Counted from the stretch's first letter, positions 10,553 to 52,100 are shown. The stretch: 64,000 nucleotides of DNA from Tubiluchus corallicola (GCA_030141605.1 JAQGDQ010000943.1:1-64000), one strand, 5' to 3'. Notes: generated by a model not told the origin, from the sequence alone. Numbers and translations are program-made.

Positions 10553-12852
10553 AACAGCCGCAACTGAAATGAAATTATAAATATTTATTACCAAGGTGAC
10601 CGTTTAGTCCGTACGTGGGTAGGACTTTTAATCGGGTCTGTGTGCATTGTCTTCAGTAGCTATTCAATTTAACTAATACCTCAAAAGAATGGGCATGTGC
10701 AGTGTAAATGTGTGAGCATAAGCTTCTTGGTTCGGGTTCTGGTTGACTGGTTGGCCTACAGTTTTTTCCATGCTTCCTTCATTTAATTGGCAATTGTTAA
10801 CAGTGTGACGCTCCTCTTAACCTGTGTGTTTGTCCACATAATACAAGCAGAATGAAGGTATAAGTTATTGTCACCAAAGTTGGCACTTTGATATTTCTGG
10901 ACAAGACCTGGAGAGGCGTTTTGGTGCTCTGAACGTTAAAGGTCAAGGTCACATTGTCCAAAATGTGAAAAATACGTCTGCGTACAAAATTAAATAAAAA
11001 AAGAGTTGAAGCCATAACCAGCAAACTTGGTAAATCGATAAATCCAGTCAAAATCTTGAAACTTAGGTCAGGTTGAATCTATTTTTAGTTCAAAGCTCAG
11101 GTCATGGTTAAAAGGTTAAAAACGTCCAAAAATGAGTAGGTTGACGGTCATATTGCTTAAGTTTACTTTGGTTGTAGCTGTGGGTATGCGTATGCGTATG
11201 TTACTTGGCATGTACTATAAATTTTTGCCAATAATTGTGGCTTTATGTATGAGGGCATGGGTTGTCTTTGTAAACAGTTACTGTAATGTTTGGCATTAGA
11301 TGTAATGGGATGGATGGCATTCAGTAACGAGTATGACTCCGACTTTACAGTTTTTTATAATAAATATTGGTGAACCCTTTATTTCGTATCGATAATATAG
11401 TACACCATAGCATTGAACAAAATTGCAATACATTCAACTACATATCTAAAATAAATTACAACATAAACAAGTTTGTTATTTCGTAGCTCTGTATTTAAAT
11501 CACTTTCTACTAGAAGTTTTACATTAATACAAGATAAGTTCAGCGGTGTCTTATATCATTATGTACGGGCGGATTGACCTAATTTACTGGTCACTGGCAT
11601 TGTATTACAGAAGTACTAAAGCAATGTAATGCTCTCATTTAGAATTTCAAATCCCAGAAAAAAACGAAATAAACTTACGATTTAATGTATCTAATTATAG
11701 GATATGCGAGCATTAATTTTGCCTGTATGTGTATTATTTGCTGAAAGTGTTTAAGCGATGGTTCAATTTTTGGAAAATAGTGTACCACTATAGTCATAAT
11801 GTAGAGCAAAAGCAGTAAGAGCAAAATGTTTCTAAAAAGTGTCTTTGATGAGTGCAGTTATGAAATGTACCATTGTACTTGTGAAACGGATTAATAATAA
11901 CCATAAATATTAATATGCGAACCTGTTGTTTCTGAGTGGCAGTGACTGCTACTAGTTAGCTCGCCTGGCTAGCTGCAATTTTAATTGCCCAGTAGAACAC
12001 AAAATAACCCAAACAATTTTTGTATCAGATCTGTATAAAATAGCGAATATGTTACGTATATATTAGAAGCTAAAACAACAGAGACGTTTTATAGACCACA
12101 CACTGTAATGTACAGAAGAATTTTCATGTTTATCCACAGAGGGCAAAGGTACGCAGCTTTTAACATAAGCCTGTATTACTTAGCCAATATTTACGTGATG
12201 AATCAAGTAAGCTGACGATTTACTAAATTCATGATTCAGTTGACTGCTGATACGCAGGCCTAAAACCTAATCCCACGACTAACATTTCAGCCTACGTCAA
12301 ATAAGATAATATTATAGGTCGTATATAAAACACTGTTATACTAAAAATAGGAAGAAAATTAACGTGCAAATAAAGTATTGAATGTACAACTAAAATAAAC
12401 TCAAATTCGGGCAGTAATGAAACGCGAATAAATTTGTGTCCGGGTTGGCACATACGTTGACAGAAAGTATAGTAAATGCAGTAGCCTAGCCCTTAATTCT
12501 TAAAACAATATGCAGCAGTTCAGTCAAGCTCCACACTTCTGCGGACGAAAACGATATATGCGTAGTGGGCACTTTTTAATAAAAACAATATAAATGGAGA
12601 AGTAGTATGTCGCATTTGTCCCTGCGCCACATCTTGTAGCAGCTAGCTGCAGAAGTGTCTTTCCTGTGTTGAACTAACTCATGTGAATGAGAAAAATCTG
12701 CCAACACTCAATTGTTTCCCTATTTGAGACGTCATACTGCGCACTGGAGGTTGTCATGCCTACTTTTAAAATCTAGTCACATACACATTACTTAACAAAG
12801 CCTGAGCCTTGTGTTCAAATCATGCCTGTAACTAATCACGCCCTGCCTTTCT

Positions 12853-12857
<5 letters not shown>

Positions 12858-12931
<74 letters not shown>
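12858..12931. repeat. (CT)n microsatellite
   Basis: Pure CT dinucleotide run. Confidence 0.95.
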
Positions 12932-12934
<3 letters not shown>

Positions 12935-13469
12935 GTATTTTAGGCCATTAAGGTTAAATCTATAACCTCTATACACATCCTTGGAGATGTATGTTTTTAG
13001 TGTACATGCTTGTATATGCTGGTATCTGTAAAATTTTGAAATTTTTATCCATTTCTTTATTTTTTCTAATTTGTAACTTTATGTGAATTGGTTGTAGTTA
13101 TTGCAGTTATTCGATATGAGAATTATGTTTTTGATATAAGCGATAGTTCTTAATAACTATAATTGCCATGACATATTATTGTATTTGTGCAAAAAATTGA
13201 ACTGAACCAATAAGTCTGATCAGTTTAATCAGTTTTATTTGCTACCTAGGCGTTAATATTTCACTTTTTCTATTTTGTCTGTTTATTACCATTATATTAT
13301 CTTTTGAAATATTTTTGCTATGATACCTGAATATATTTGTGCAAAATAAAATTAAATTGAGAATTGGAATAAAATGTTAAATCTAAAAAATTTTCTGACC
13401 CTGTCAGTTTTCACGGTTTCTGTTAACAGTTTCATATTGCAAACTGTACTGTAGTCTGTTGGTGCTGGG

Positions 13470-13580
13470 TACCAATCATGTTTAGCGCGCTCGGCGTGGT
13501 TGGCAATCACGTGGAAAAAACCGCACTGAATTAATTTTTACCGCGAATAAAGCAGCAGCGCCGCGTTGTACCGCGGACTT
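13470..13580 (+). promoter_or_regulatory. Candidate POLD1 core promoter
   Basis: Local CpG-rich patch in AT-rich DNA, about 0.8 kb upstream of the ATG exon. It contains CCAAT (13472), E2F-like TTTAGCGCGC (13481) and TTTACCGCG (13537), and the E-box CACGTG (13508). Confidence 0.45.
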
Positions 13581-14363
13581 CAAGTGTATTTGCTGTAGTT
13601 AGTTATTTAATTTTTACTTGTATTATTATATATATATATATTATTTAGTTTTGCATTGAAATTTGCCCAGGTCAGATTGTTAATGTAGATAGTATTTTAA
13701 GACTTTGACGAATTTGAATTAGCATGTTACCGCAATTCATTTTGATTTGTCAGCATGAATAAGCAGAACAGGCTATTTTTAACTGAGTTTCAAGCTTTGT
13801 TTGTTTGCTTAGTTTGTAAGTTTTTTCAACTTAGCGTTATCTGTGGATCGGGTTTCTTTTTCATTTTCTTTATACTGATTAATTATTTGATACTGAATTG
13901 GCATAAACTATTTTTATTTACTTAAGATAAAACGAAGTCAAGTCGCACATAATGTCAGTCAAGTTTGTCATGATGTGATTATACGGTTTTGGATTATGAT
14001 GATGATTACCATTTTGAACAGATTATCATTAATTGCATCTAAAATATTGCTGGACCCTTATCTAGTGCCTGTCACGTATTATGTGACTGCTAAAAAATCT
14101 GTAGTCTGATTAGATTTTTTAATTTAAGGATCTCCATTTTTTTACTTTCCTCAAAGCTTCTTGTGATCTTTCAAAGTTGCCATTATAGTAAATTTTGCTC
14201 CTAGCTTTCTTCTACATAAAGAACAGGAAATACTATCAAATCTAATAGCTGCACAAATGCAATTACCACATCTGATGTCAAGCAATTTTTAAAATTTAAC
14301 GAGTTAATATTTTAAAAACATTTTTGCAGGTTAAAACAAGTAAATTAACAAACTTGAAGCAAA

Positions 14364-40040
<25,677 letters not shown>

Positions 40041-43000
40041 TCTGTAAATACGGTTTCTGCCAAGCTGGCAAAGCATTTGACTTATATATAGTGTTTTCTC
40101 ATATGCAATATACCCTTAACTATTTTGCATTGGTGCCATTTTACTTGAGCTGTTGGCAAGCTGCCAGAATACCTGGCTTTTAATACTATACTGCACATTA
40201 CAAAGCTTCTACATCTACATTGCACTTGCTCCATAGTAGTAGTAAACTTTTGAAGGTACCATAATGTTTAAGTAGGATTAGCATTATTTGTTATATTTGT
40301 TAAAGTACTGTTGATGCTTTTTATTTATTAAGCCATTTTGTTGTTCACAAATTCCGCTACATTCATTGTGTCGATGCTTATTTGCATGTTTGAAAGTTTG
40401 TTTACAAACGTATAACAGTATTTGCATCTTAGCAGTTTTCTGATAGCTGTTTTGAATAGTTCAAGGCTCTATTCACATTTGCAATGTGATAACTACCTTA
40501 GAATGTTCGGAAATAAAACATCTTTGCTACGTGACACCACTACCAATCACCGTTGATTTTTATATAGCACTCTCAATCTGTGGTACGTGTCTTTATGAGC
40601 ACTTGAGCAGGACAAGTTAGTAATCTAGTTGTGCATTATTTCTGTTTGCAATTAGTGGGTATCCTAAAACGTTTTTTGCAGCAGAAGTAACAAAAGATTT
40701 TTACAAGTCTGTAATCATTCAGTTTTACAGATTTTGCACCATCTTTGTTAGATGTCATCCTTTCGTTCTCTTTTGGGAAGAAAATGCTAACATCTTTTAG
40801 GAAGAAAATGTTAAGATCTAATACAGACACTAACCAGTGCGATGAAGTTGTCAAATTTCTTTGTTTAAGCCTGCGGCAGTCGCTATAAAAAACCATGCCA
40901 AATAGCTTTGAACGAGTATTTTTGTTGGGGGAAGCATGGCCTTTTTGTAGTAGGAGATTTGGTTGCTATTGTTTTAGCCTAACATAACTATTAATAAGCA
41001 TCAGCATTCAGCAAACAGATTCGCTAAACAAGCAAATCCACTGTATAAGTTTTATCTAATGTGTCTGGCCTGGTTGACTGATAACACCCCATGTAAGCTT
41101 ATCTCTGTTAACCGTTGCAAATGTCATACAAAGTTTAGTAATATTGAATTAGTAACTCTGAAGTGAAGCATTATAATTTTGTGCCACTTTTATACTTGTA
41201 TATTTTTGTATTACTGAAACATGTTAATAAATTTTGTGATATAAACAAAAACCTTGTGAAATGCTTTCTATTACAGGTGTGTTGAGTTTTTATTGATAAT
41301 ATTGCTTCCATTTTATCCTTGTTAGCAGCTAACCCTATGCTAATATTAATAATTTTTCATTGTGCAAAAGACGACAAGTTAGCACACACGTATGTTTTGC
41401 AACGGAAAATATCAATGTGCTTTTACACTAAGAATAGGTAACCCTTTTTACCTTGTATTGGTTGAAAATAAGCATCTGACTAATGAAAAGATTATCTGAG
41501 AAGAAAAAGTAGAGAAGAAAGTTGATTGAGGGTGGCGAATAAATACACACTGGCGCAGTTTATACTCACATTGACTCAAGTAGGATTTATTTTTGATTTT
41601 AAGCCAAATCTGGTAGAATAATGAGCAAATTTCTATTAGATCCACATTCTAATAGAATCCACAGTTTAATTTTATTTTCCTTTACATAATAATAAATTTA
41701 GTTTCATATATATAGAAAATTAAATATAAATTCAAGGGAAGGATATTGCTACGGATGTCACATCGGATGTTTTGTGTGCATGGTTGTTGCACAAGTCGTG
41801 ATTAGTGTAATGGGAGTGTGCGAGTGTAGAGAAAGTTTCTGTAAGTCAACTGAACCCTGGTGGGCAGTCTCTCTACTAACGCATTATCAATATTTTTAAA
41901 GACTTACCTCACTGCGCAGACCATTCGGGAACTGAAGCAAGGAAAAGTGAGTGAATTTATTTATTTAGCCCTCTTAAGCGTTAACAATCTACATACTGTG
42001 TAAGGATATTGTTTTTCGGATACAGTCAAACAAAGTCAACTTGATTTAGTTTGTGTATACTGGTATGCCATACATTTGTGCATCGTGATTTTAGTAGGCC
42101 TTAACGTATTGTTGAAATGTGCTATGTTCTTGAATTAAAAGTTGCTGTTTAATGACATGAACAATTTTTGATTTTGTTAACAATAGCTGTTGTATTGCCC
42201 CTTTTAGTTAAATGTATACAGTTTCCCAGAGTCACAAGAGTAAATTTAATTTAAAAGTTTCATTTCATCTGTTGTCTTGTAATAATGTTTACACAAACAA
42301 TGTTTTGCTTTGTGTCAAATATCGTAATAACTATAAATATAAAAACAATATAACCAAATATTACCTTCAAGAACACTCAAATTCTGCCATCAACACAATT
42401 TCCTTTCAATTTATGGACTGTTGCCAAGCGTGTGCTCAAACTACCTCTCTTAATAACGCCCCTATCATACTTATTGCGCACAGTTTTTCCAGCAGAATAA
42501 AAGATTATCGATATGGGCCCTAGTGGCCTTATGTATCAACAGCATTTCATTTGGTGACCTCATGAATGGTTAATGTGAGAAAGTGCGAAATAAAATAAAT
42601 GTACATGTGTGTCTTAAAGATCTTTTATTTTACATGATTACCGAACCCGGTAACTTCTTTTGCTTTTAATTACTGGTATTCTGGCAACATCAATTTACTT
42701 TTTTATATGATTATTATTACTTAAAACTTGTTCTTGGCTCAGAATTGTTAGAGCTATGTTAAGTGTGTTCAGAAATGCCTTGCATCCTAGAAGGGGATGT
42801 CTAGTATTTTGCTTGCATTATTTTTCTTATTCTTGTGGACAGTTCGACCATAACAGTATGTGTATACAAGGCTATGGCAAGTATAGCTATGCTATTATGT
42901 TGTGGGATATTACAGCTCATTTGAATTTGTTGTTTTGGTAGCTGTTACAGCACTTTGTAAAGTTAATCAGCTAACATAATGAGAGGAATTTTGTATAAGC

Positions 43001-43110
43001 CCATTTTATTAAACTGAATTACTGTACATCATAATGAGATGTAAGCATTTTCTCATTGTGTAGTTGTCGAGCCATTCTTGTTTTTTTTTGCATAGAAACT
43101 TACAGTAACA

Positions 43111-46100
43111 ATGGCTTCTCGATTCTTTGGTGCTGGATCCAGTTCATCAGATGAAGAATCGTCATCAGGTGAAGATGAGCCACAGGCGCCATCTGCACCT
43201 CAACAACGTGCTGCCGCTCAGTGAGTATTAACTAATCAATCAGTTGCGTTTCATGGGAAAAAATCATTCCTACGTAATATGCAGAAACAGCTTGCGGCAA
43301 CTGCCAGATTTCACTGGCAAAACAGAATGCGTAATAATTATGTTGCTTAGGAAAAAATATGATAAACTTTTAATGATTAACTCGATAATTTTTGCTCCGG
43401 TAAGTTTTAGCTAAAAATTAGCGATCAATGAATATTTCTTGTGATAGGTAAAACTCTGCTTTGATGATTATTTTTGATATCAAGCTAGATTCTGTCTATC
43501 CTTATCTATGCTTAGTCAGTTTTGTCGCTGAATGTGGGATGTTGGCTTGTGAAATGCCAAACTGTTTAAAAAATTAAAGAAGTAACGTTTAGTCAAGTGC
43601 TAAGTGGATGATTATGATAAATGTGTAAGAGGCTCATGAATATTCCAGCTAAAGTAATAATCTAATTTAGTCTAATAATTTCCACTTTGATTTTTTTTGC
43701 ATTTAGTTTTACGTGAATTCTTATATTTTTGTGATAAAAATGTTTTTGTACTTTTGCTTAAGAATTTATATGCTCACATCATTTTTACATAAAGATATTC
43801 TATTGTAGCTTGTAGAGAGAAACATTAAAAAATAAATTTATCTTATATTTATAAACAAATTTTTAATATACATATATAACATGTAAATGAATGTAAATAA
43901 ATGATCAAATCAGCTAAAAAACTGATTTTTGTAAATCTGTATAGTGTGCGGGCAATAATTATTTAGTAGTCAAAATACTGGATTAAATTAAAGTTGCTGG
44001 ATTTACTGACACAGGCCAATAAACTTATGGTTCTATTTGAATTTTATTTTATTTTGTTTATGCAATAATAAAACTTGTAAAATATTTTCTGTTAGGTTAT
44101 TCCAATTTAGCGATGATGAAGAAGACACTAAAAGAATCGTCAGAAGTGCAAAAGATAAAAGGTTTGTTAAAAACTAAAACCTGATTTTAAGAATGGAAGC
44201 ATAATCATGTGAACGTTTGTTGTTCCTTGCTCAAGACGTAATTTTTGTGTAAAGAAACATTTATTCAAGCGTTGCATTATTGTATTTAACAAAGTATTGC
44301 AGTACCTCATTCGGCATTGGTTTAACAAAGTATTGCAGTACCTCATTCGGCAGTGCTTTAACAAAATATTGCAGTAACTCATTCGGCAGTGCTTTAACAA
44401 AATATTGCAGTACCTCATTCGGCAGCACATATGATATTAACGAAGATGCGAAGCTTTGGCATGTGGTTCTGTAACTGTTAACCTTGGAATTTTATTTGCT
44501 GTTGTACAGGTTTGAGGAACTGGAAACTATTATAAAGCAAATAAAAAATCACAAGAAAATTAAAGACATGGGTAAAGTCCTAGAAGGTCAGTCCAGAGAT
44601 AATTTTTTTCGACTTCCAATATTTGTTTTGGTTTTGTTTAAGACTTAATTTAATGTGATAGAACTCATTCCGAATTTTTAGAATTAATCTAATTGTAGCA
44701 GTCAAATTGTAGCAATCTTATCAAATTATATAAGTCTGTTTAAGCCTCTTTAACAACTAGTTTAGTATCTCAAGCAGTTTAGACTAAAAATGCAGAATAC
44801 ATTTTTATACGTTAATACAGTTTTTAATTAAATTCATATCTTTGTTTAGGATTTGAAGACTTGGGAAGAGCATACAAGAAAGCCGGAAATGTTATTGAAA
44901 AGGAAGGTATTCCTCGATTTTATATAAGATGCATAGCAGAGCTGGAGGACTTTGTTAACGAGGTAATGTAGGATTATATGTTTTCAACTTACCTAAATCC
45001 TTAATAAACACTGGCATAGATAATAGAAAACAACAATTTTAATGTACAAATCTAAGTCATTATATTGTAATATCTGTAATACTGCTTACAGAACTGTATT
45101 GAAAATGACATCCAATGTGTCAAAGCATTAGTAATTTACATAATTTTGATAAAATTGAGTACCAGTTTATAACTGCCTCATTACAATAAAATATTATTTG
45201 TTGAAAGAGCCCATGTTAATGAAGTGGTACCTGTGGTTTTTTTGAGTTAAAAGTAACATATTGTTGAGGAGTATTTTCAGTTCAAGTTTCTGAAAAACTG
45301 AAGGCAATTACAGAGTCTTAAATCTTACTATTTAAATTTAAAGTAAGTACGTCTGTGTAACTTGTCCACTATTACATTATTTAATGTAACATTACTTGAC
45401 CATTGAGAGTAATCTGTGATCTTATGTGCTGCTTGCTTGAACTGTTATGTTTTAGACTACTCAAAATATTCATGAGAATTTTCAATATGTGCCTAACTTG
45501 CTTGCTGTGTCTAGCTAAGTATGAAGTACACCTGTAGACAAAGAATGAAAGGTGTCGTTTATGTGCAATTTGTTTGCTTTGGTTAACCAGTAATTTATCT
45601 GTTGGCAGTGTTGGGAGGATAGGGAAGGTAGGAAGGCCATGAGTAAGAACAATTCTAAGAGTTTGAGCACCATGCGTCAGCGTGTTCGCAAGTATAACAA
45701 AGATTTTGAACTAGAACTCACAAATTATAGGTAACAATTTATTCAGAAGATATAATTTTATGCATATTTGTACTGCTTAACATTTTATACTTGAACTGCT
45801 GAGCATGTTGCACACAAATGTTTTCACTTTTTTGTGATTGTATGCAATATTAAAAGATGTTTTAAAATATAAGAATTTTTAACATTTATTTCACTGTTAA
45901 TGTAACAGATTTTTGGAAATAGTGTTGAGGTAGTTGAGTTGTCATGTCCAAAGTTTTCTAGCAGTAAGTTTTTCTGAAATTATTACAAGTTGTTTCAGTG
46001 AAGATTTATACTTACTTTTGCCACATTTCAGCTTTCATACACGTCGCAACATTTGGATTGTAGTCAAAAACTGACACTATCAGGCTAAAGACCAATTTCA

Positions 46101-49100
46101 GCTAAAACAGAAAAATAACAATGATTTAGTACTTTACTAAACAAACTAAGTATACTTTTTAGCGTTAATATTTAGCAAAGAAACAAACCTGTTATTAATG
46201 CATCAAAACTCAAACAAAAACTGTGAATCGTAGCATCAGTACCGAATTTATCTTGACACCAATTTCTATTATCAGTAATACCTAGATATGCACACAGTGC
46301 CACACTTATATCAACACTAGTTTCTACTACCATTATTAGTTAGGTATGTATATAGCACCGAATTTATCTTACCACTACTTTATATTATTAATATTACCAA
46401 GGTATGCATATAAAAAAGCACATAGGTCATCCAGAAATGACATAGGGTGTAAATAGCCACCAATATGTTGTCACTGAAACAACTTCTGACAACACATCAG
46501 GCAAACACACAGATATCAGAGCACTGAGATATGCATATTAAGATATCTTTTGACGACAACACACACACACACATACACATCAGAGCAATCAACAGGACAT
46601 ACAGTATTCGGAAATCCTTTGAGTTTCAACACGAGGTACATAACATATACAGGTATCAGTTCACCTTTAACCCTATGCCTAGATTATGTGCCTCAGAGAT
46701 GCTCATGAGTTCGTGAAGCAGTTCAATCTGCTCATTGCGATCGGTTCCTTTTTTGCCACGAGCGGCTAAAATCTCGTGCAGTTTCTTCACAACGGCTTCG
46801 TGAGTAATATCTGCATCTTTAGCAAACATCTTTGGCTTTTCCTGCAAGAATTTGAGCATTAATTTACCCAACAAATCCTACAAAGCATATTGCCTACGTA
46901 TTAAATTGTCTTAAAAATAAATGAGAACAACATAGTCTTTTTGGACACATAGATAAAATTACAGATTCTTGTGAAGAAAATCCTTTGATTACCAAAATTA
47001 AGAACTACAATTGAAACTTGGATAAAGGCAGGTTGAAAAATCGTAAAACATAAATTAAGGTTTTTAAACACAAAACACTAATTAGAAATCTTTCTTCTTT
47101 ATTTGAAGTCCAAAAGAACCTGAACTAAAACATTCTGCAACATTAACGTGATTTCTAAACACACACATTTTCAATTATCATTCCCTATGATTTCCTAAAA
47201 AAATGTAGAACAATAATAAGGATAGATGACTCTGAGCTACAAATGGACTTTTGAGATTCTCTTTTAGGAGTGTAATAAAATTTGGTAGTATAAATGCCAG
47301 TGTAAGATACACATGAACATAAAATTGAACAATTTTGTGAGTATTTAACGATAGCTAAATTAAGTATCAAAACCAAATCAACATTTGCTTAAGTATTTTA
47401 GTATTTGATTCGATCAAATCAAAATTGAAATTCTTCACTCTCTAAAATATGCATCACTTTAACAAACCTTTATCATGGGAGCCCCCTGCTTTACCACCTC
47501 CCACTCTCCAGCTTTCTCATCATCATCGTCTTGCTGACGTATTTTACGTTCCTTTCTTTCTCGTTTTTTCTTCTCCTTTTCTCTCTCCTTTTCTGCATCG
47601 GCACCAGTTCTACGAACAAAGGTGGCAAGGTGATATTCGTAACTTACAATGGAGAAATCATTTTACAAACTGAGATAATGTTCACTCAGTGAATGTACAA
47701 ATATCATATTCCTTAGGATTAGCTACAAATATTCTGCCTTAATCTTGATAAATTTATTGATAAATGGAGTGTAATCTCACCAAGTTAACATAAAAAGTTG
47801 ACATTATACCTTCGTTGAAATTTTTACACTGCCAAATTTATAGCCAATTACCATCACTTAACTAAGAACACACGTAACTAACCCTCATTTACATGTTAAG
47901 ATTACTTAACATTAAGTTCAACACAGGATCTTCTTAAATTGACAGCATAATTTGACAGACAACTGAATTGTGCGCAGAATGCCCAAAGATACCATGATTA
48001 CAACTTAATGAATTTTACTTGCGGAGGAACTTGGCTGCTAAATTTCCGCCATATTTCTCATCATCGGACGAGGAACTGGACTCCGATTCATCGCTGGAAC
48101 CCCAAAAATCATCTTCGTCTGACGATTCTTCTGCATCTCCTTTAGTTTTCAAAAATTCAGAACCTCCTGTGGTCTCCTTCATCTCCTCATCACTGCTCTC
48201 TTCCTCAGAAGCCTCTATCTCTTCCTCCCCGGGCAAGTCAGGATTTTCTCTAAATTATATCATAAACTATTAGAAGAGTAATATTCGAATGTATTATTAA
48301 GCTTTTTTGCATATCTAATGGCATGATTTTGAGCCGTGCACTAATACAGTTTTAAATACACTAAGTTTATCGGCAATGAGATGAGAGGTCTCTCTTGAAA
48401 GTCACTAAAAACTTGAGCTTGAAAAGTTAACAGGTTAATTTCAGTAAAAAATTAGATTTTACTTAAAAATCGTAAAAACATAATTTAAACATAGAATTAA
48501 ATTCTAGTCAATCAATTAAAATAAATTGATAATTGAAAAAAATCTGTGTCATTTAGAAGTTATTTTCATTAGTTTTTCTACATGTATATCAATCCTGAGA
48601 CAAATATATGCATAAGAAAGAAATGTTAACAGAAACTGAAGTAGAATTTCGGCAATTATTTTGTTTTTGAATTTGATTAAAATTTATTTTGTTTTTGAAT
48701 TTGATTAAAATTTATTTTGTATGTTCAGAAAAACTTACTGCTAGAAAACTTTGGACATGACAACTCAACTACCTCAACACTATTTCCAAAAATCTGTTAC
48801 ATTAACAGTGAAATAAATGTTAAAAATTCTTATATTTTAAAACATCTTTTAATATTGCATACAATCACAAAAAAGTGAAAACATTTGTGTGCAACATGCT
48901 CAGCAGTTCAAGTATAAAATGTTAAGCAGTACAAATATGCATAAAATTATATCTTCTGAATAAATTGTTACCTATAATTTGTGAGTTCTAGTTCAAAATC
49001 TTTGTTATACTTGCGAACACGCTGACGCATGGTGCTCAAACTCTTAGAATTGTTCTTACTCATGGCCTTCCTACCTTCCCTATCCTCCCAACACTGCCAA

Positions 49101-52100
49101 CAGATAAATTACTGGTTAACCAAAGCAAACAAATTGCACATAAACGACACCTTTCATTCTTTGTCTACAGATGTACTTCATACTTAGCTAGACACAGCAA
49201 GCAAGTTAGGCACATATTGAAAATTCTCATGAATATTTTGAGTAGTCTAAAACATAACAGTTCAAGCAAGCAGCACATAAGATCACAGATTACTCTCAAT
49301 GGTCAAGTAATGTTACATTAAATAATGTAATAGTGGACAAGTTACACAGACGTACTTACTTTAAATTTAAATAGTAAGATTTAAGACTCTGTAATTGCCT
49401 TCAGTTTTTCAGAAACTTGAACTGAAAATACTCCTCAACAATATGTTACTTTTAACTCAAAAAAACCACAGGTACCACTTCATTAACATGGGCTCTTTCA
49501 ACAAATAATATTTTATTGTAATGAGGCAGTTATAAACTGGTACTCAATTTTATCAAAATTATGTAAATTACTAATGCTTTGACACATTGGATGTCATTTT
49601 CAATACAGTTCTGTAAGCAGTATTACAGATATTACAATATAATGACTTAGATTTGTACATTAAAATTGTTGTTTTCTATTATCTATGCCAGTGTTTATTA
49701 AGGATTTAGGTAAGTTGAAAACATATAATCCTACATTACCTCGTTAACAAAGTCCTCCAGCTCTGCTATGCATCTTATATAAAATCGAGGAATACCTTCC
49801 TTTTCAATAACATTTCCGGCTTTCTTGTATGCTCTTCCCAAGTCTTCAAATCCTAAACAAAGATATGAATTTAATTAAAAACTGTATTAACGTATAAAAA
49901 TGTATTCTGCATTTTTAGTCTAAACTGCTTGAGATACTAAACTAGTTGTTAAAGAGGCTTAAACAGACTTATATAATTTGATAAGATTGCTACAATTTGA
50001 CTGCTACAATTAGATTAATAATACATTCGAATATTACTCTTCTAATAGTTTATGATATAATTTAGAGAAAATCCTGACTTGCCCGGGGAGGAAGAGATAG
50101 AGGCTTCTGAGGAAGAGAGCAGTGATGAGGAGATGAAGGAGACCACAGGAGGTTCTGAATTTTTGAAAACTAAAGGAGATGCAGAAGAATCGTCAGACGA
50201 AGATGATTTTTGGGGTTCCAGCGATGAATCGGAGTCCAGTTCCTCGTCCGATGATGAGAAATATGGCGGAAATTTAGCAGCCAAGTTCCTCCGCAAGTAA
50301 AATTCATTAAGTTGTAATCATGGTATCTTTGGGCATTCTGCGCACAATTCAGTTGTCTGTCAAATTATGCTGTCAATTTAAGAAGATCCTGTGTTGAACT
50401 TAATGTTAAGTAATCTTAACATGTAAATGAGGGTTAGTTACGTGTGTTCTTAGTTAAGTGATGGTAATTGGCTATAAATTTGGCAGTGTAAAAATTTCAA
50501 CGAAGGTATAATGTCAACTTTTTATGTTAACTTGGTGAGATTACACTCCATTTATCAATAAATTTATCAAGATTAAGGCAGAATATTTGTAGCTAATCCT
50601 AAGGAATATGATATTTGTACATTCACTGAGTGAACATTATCTCAGTTTGTAAAATGATTTCTCCATTGTAAGTTACGAATATCACCTTGCCACCTTTGTT
50701 CGTAGAACTGGTGCCGATGCAGAAAAGGAGAGAGAAAAGGAGAAGAAAAAACGAGAAAGAAAGGAACGTAAAATACGTCAGCAAGACGATGATGATGAGA
50801 AAGCTGGAGAGTGGGAGGTGGTCAAGCAGGGGGCTCCCATGATAAAGGTTTGTTAAAGTGATGCATATTTTAGAGAGTGAAGAATTTCAATTTTGATTTG
50901 ATCGAATCAAATACTAAAATACTTAAGCAAATGTTGATTTGGTTTTGATACTTAATTTAGCTATCGTTAAATACTCACAAAATTGTTCAATTTTATGTTC
51001 ATGTGTATCTTACACTGGCATTTATACTACCAAATTTTATTACACTCCTAAAAGAGAATCTCAAAAGTCCATTTGTAGCTCAGAGTCATCTATCCTTATT
51101 ATTGTTCTACATTTTTTTAGGAAATCATTGGAATGATAATTGAAAATGTGTGTGTTTAGAAATCACGTTAATGTTGCAGAATGTTTTAGTTCAGGTTCTT
51201 TTGGACTTCAAATAAAGAAGAAAGATTTTTAATTAGTGTTTTGTGTTTAAAAACCTTAATTTATGTTTTACGATTTTTCAACCTGCCTTTATCCAAGTTT
51301 CAATTGTAGTTCTTAATTTTGGTAATCAAAGGATTTTCTTCACAAGAATCTGTAATTTTATCTATGTGTCCAAAAAGACTATGTTGTTCTCATTTATTTT
51401 TAAGACAATTTAATACGTAGGCAATATGCTTTGTAGGATTTGTTGGGTAAATTAATGCTCAAATTCTTGCAGGAAAAGCCAAAGATGTTTGCTAAAGATG
51501 CAGATATTACTCACGAAGCCGTTGTGAAGAAACTGCACGAGATTTTAGCCGCTCGTGGCAAAAAAGGAACCGATCGCAATGAGCAGATTGAACTGCTTCA
51601 CGAACTCATGAGCATCTCTGAGGCACATAATCTAGGCATAGGGTTAAAGGTGAACTGATACCTGTATATGTTATGTACCTCGTGTTGAAACTCAAAGGAT
51701 TTCCGAATACTGTATGTCCTGTTGATTGCTCTGATGTGTATGTGTGTGTGTGTGTTGTCGTCAAAAGATATCTTAATATGCATATCTCAGTGCTCTGATA
51801 TCTGTGTGTTTGCCTGATGTGTTGTCAGAAGTTGTTTCAGTGACAACATATTGGTGGCTATTTACACCCTATGTCATTTCTGGATGACCTATGTGCTTTT
51901 TTATATGCATACCTTGGTAATATTAATAATATAAAGTAGTGGTAAGATAAATTCGGTGCTATATACATACCTAACTAATAATGGTAGTAGAAACTAGTGT
52001 TGATATAAGTGTGGCACTGTGTGCATATCTAGGTATTACTGATAATAGAAATTGGTGTCAAGATAAATTCGGTACTGATGCTACGATTCACAGTTTTTGT

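Noticed and set aside
11679-11722. Candidate small upstream LITAF exon (minus strand, AG..GTAAGT bounded)
   Set aside because: The splice signals are plausible, but there is no homology or other support.
44167-44474. Repetitive Cys-rich ORFs ([12 protein letters not shown]..)
   Set aside because: These are translation artefacts of a 36-bp intronic tandem repeat.
46013-49852. A second, antisense EIF3C gene
   Set aside because: Only exons 4-9 are present, with no start exon, promoter or 3' exons. It is a local rearrangement product.
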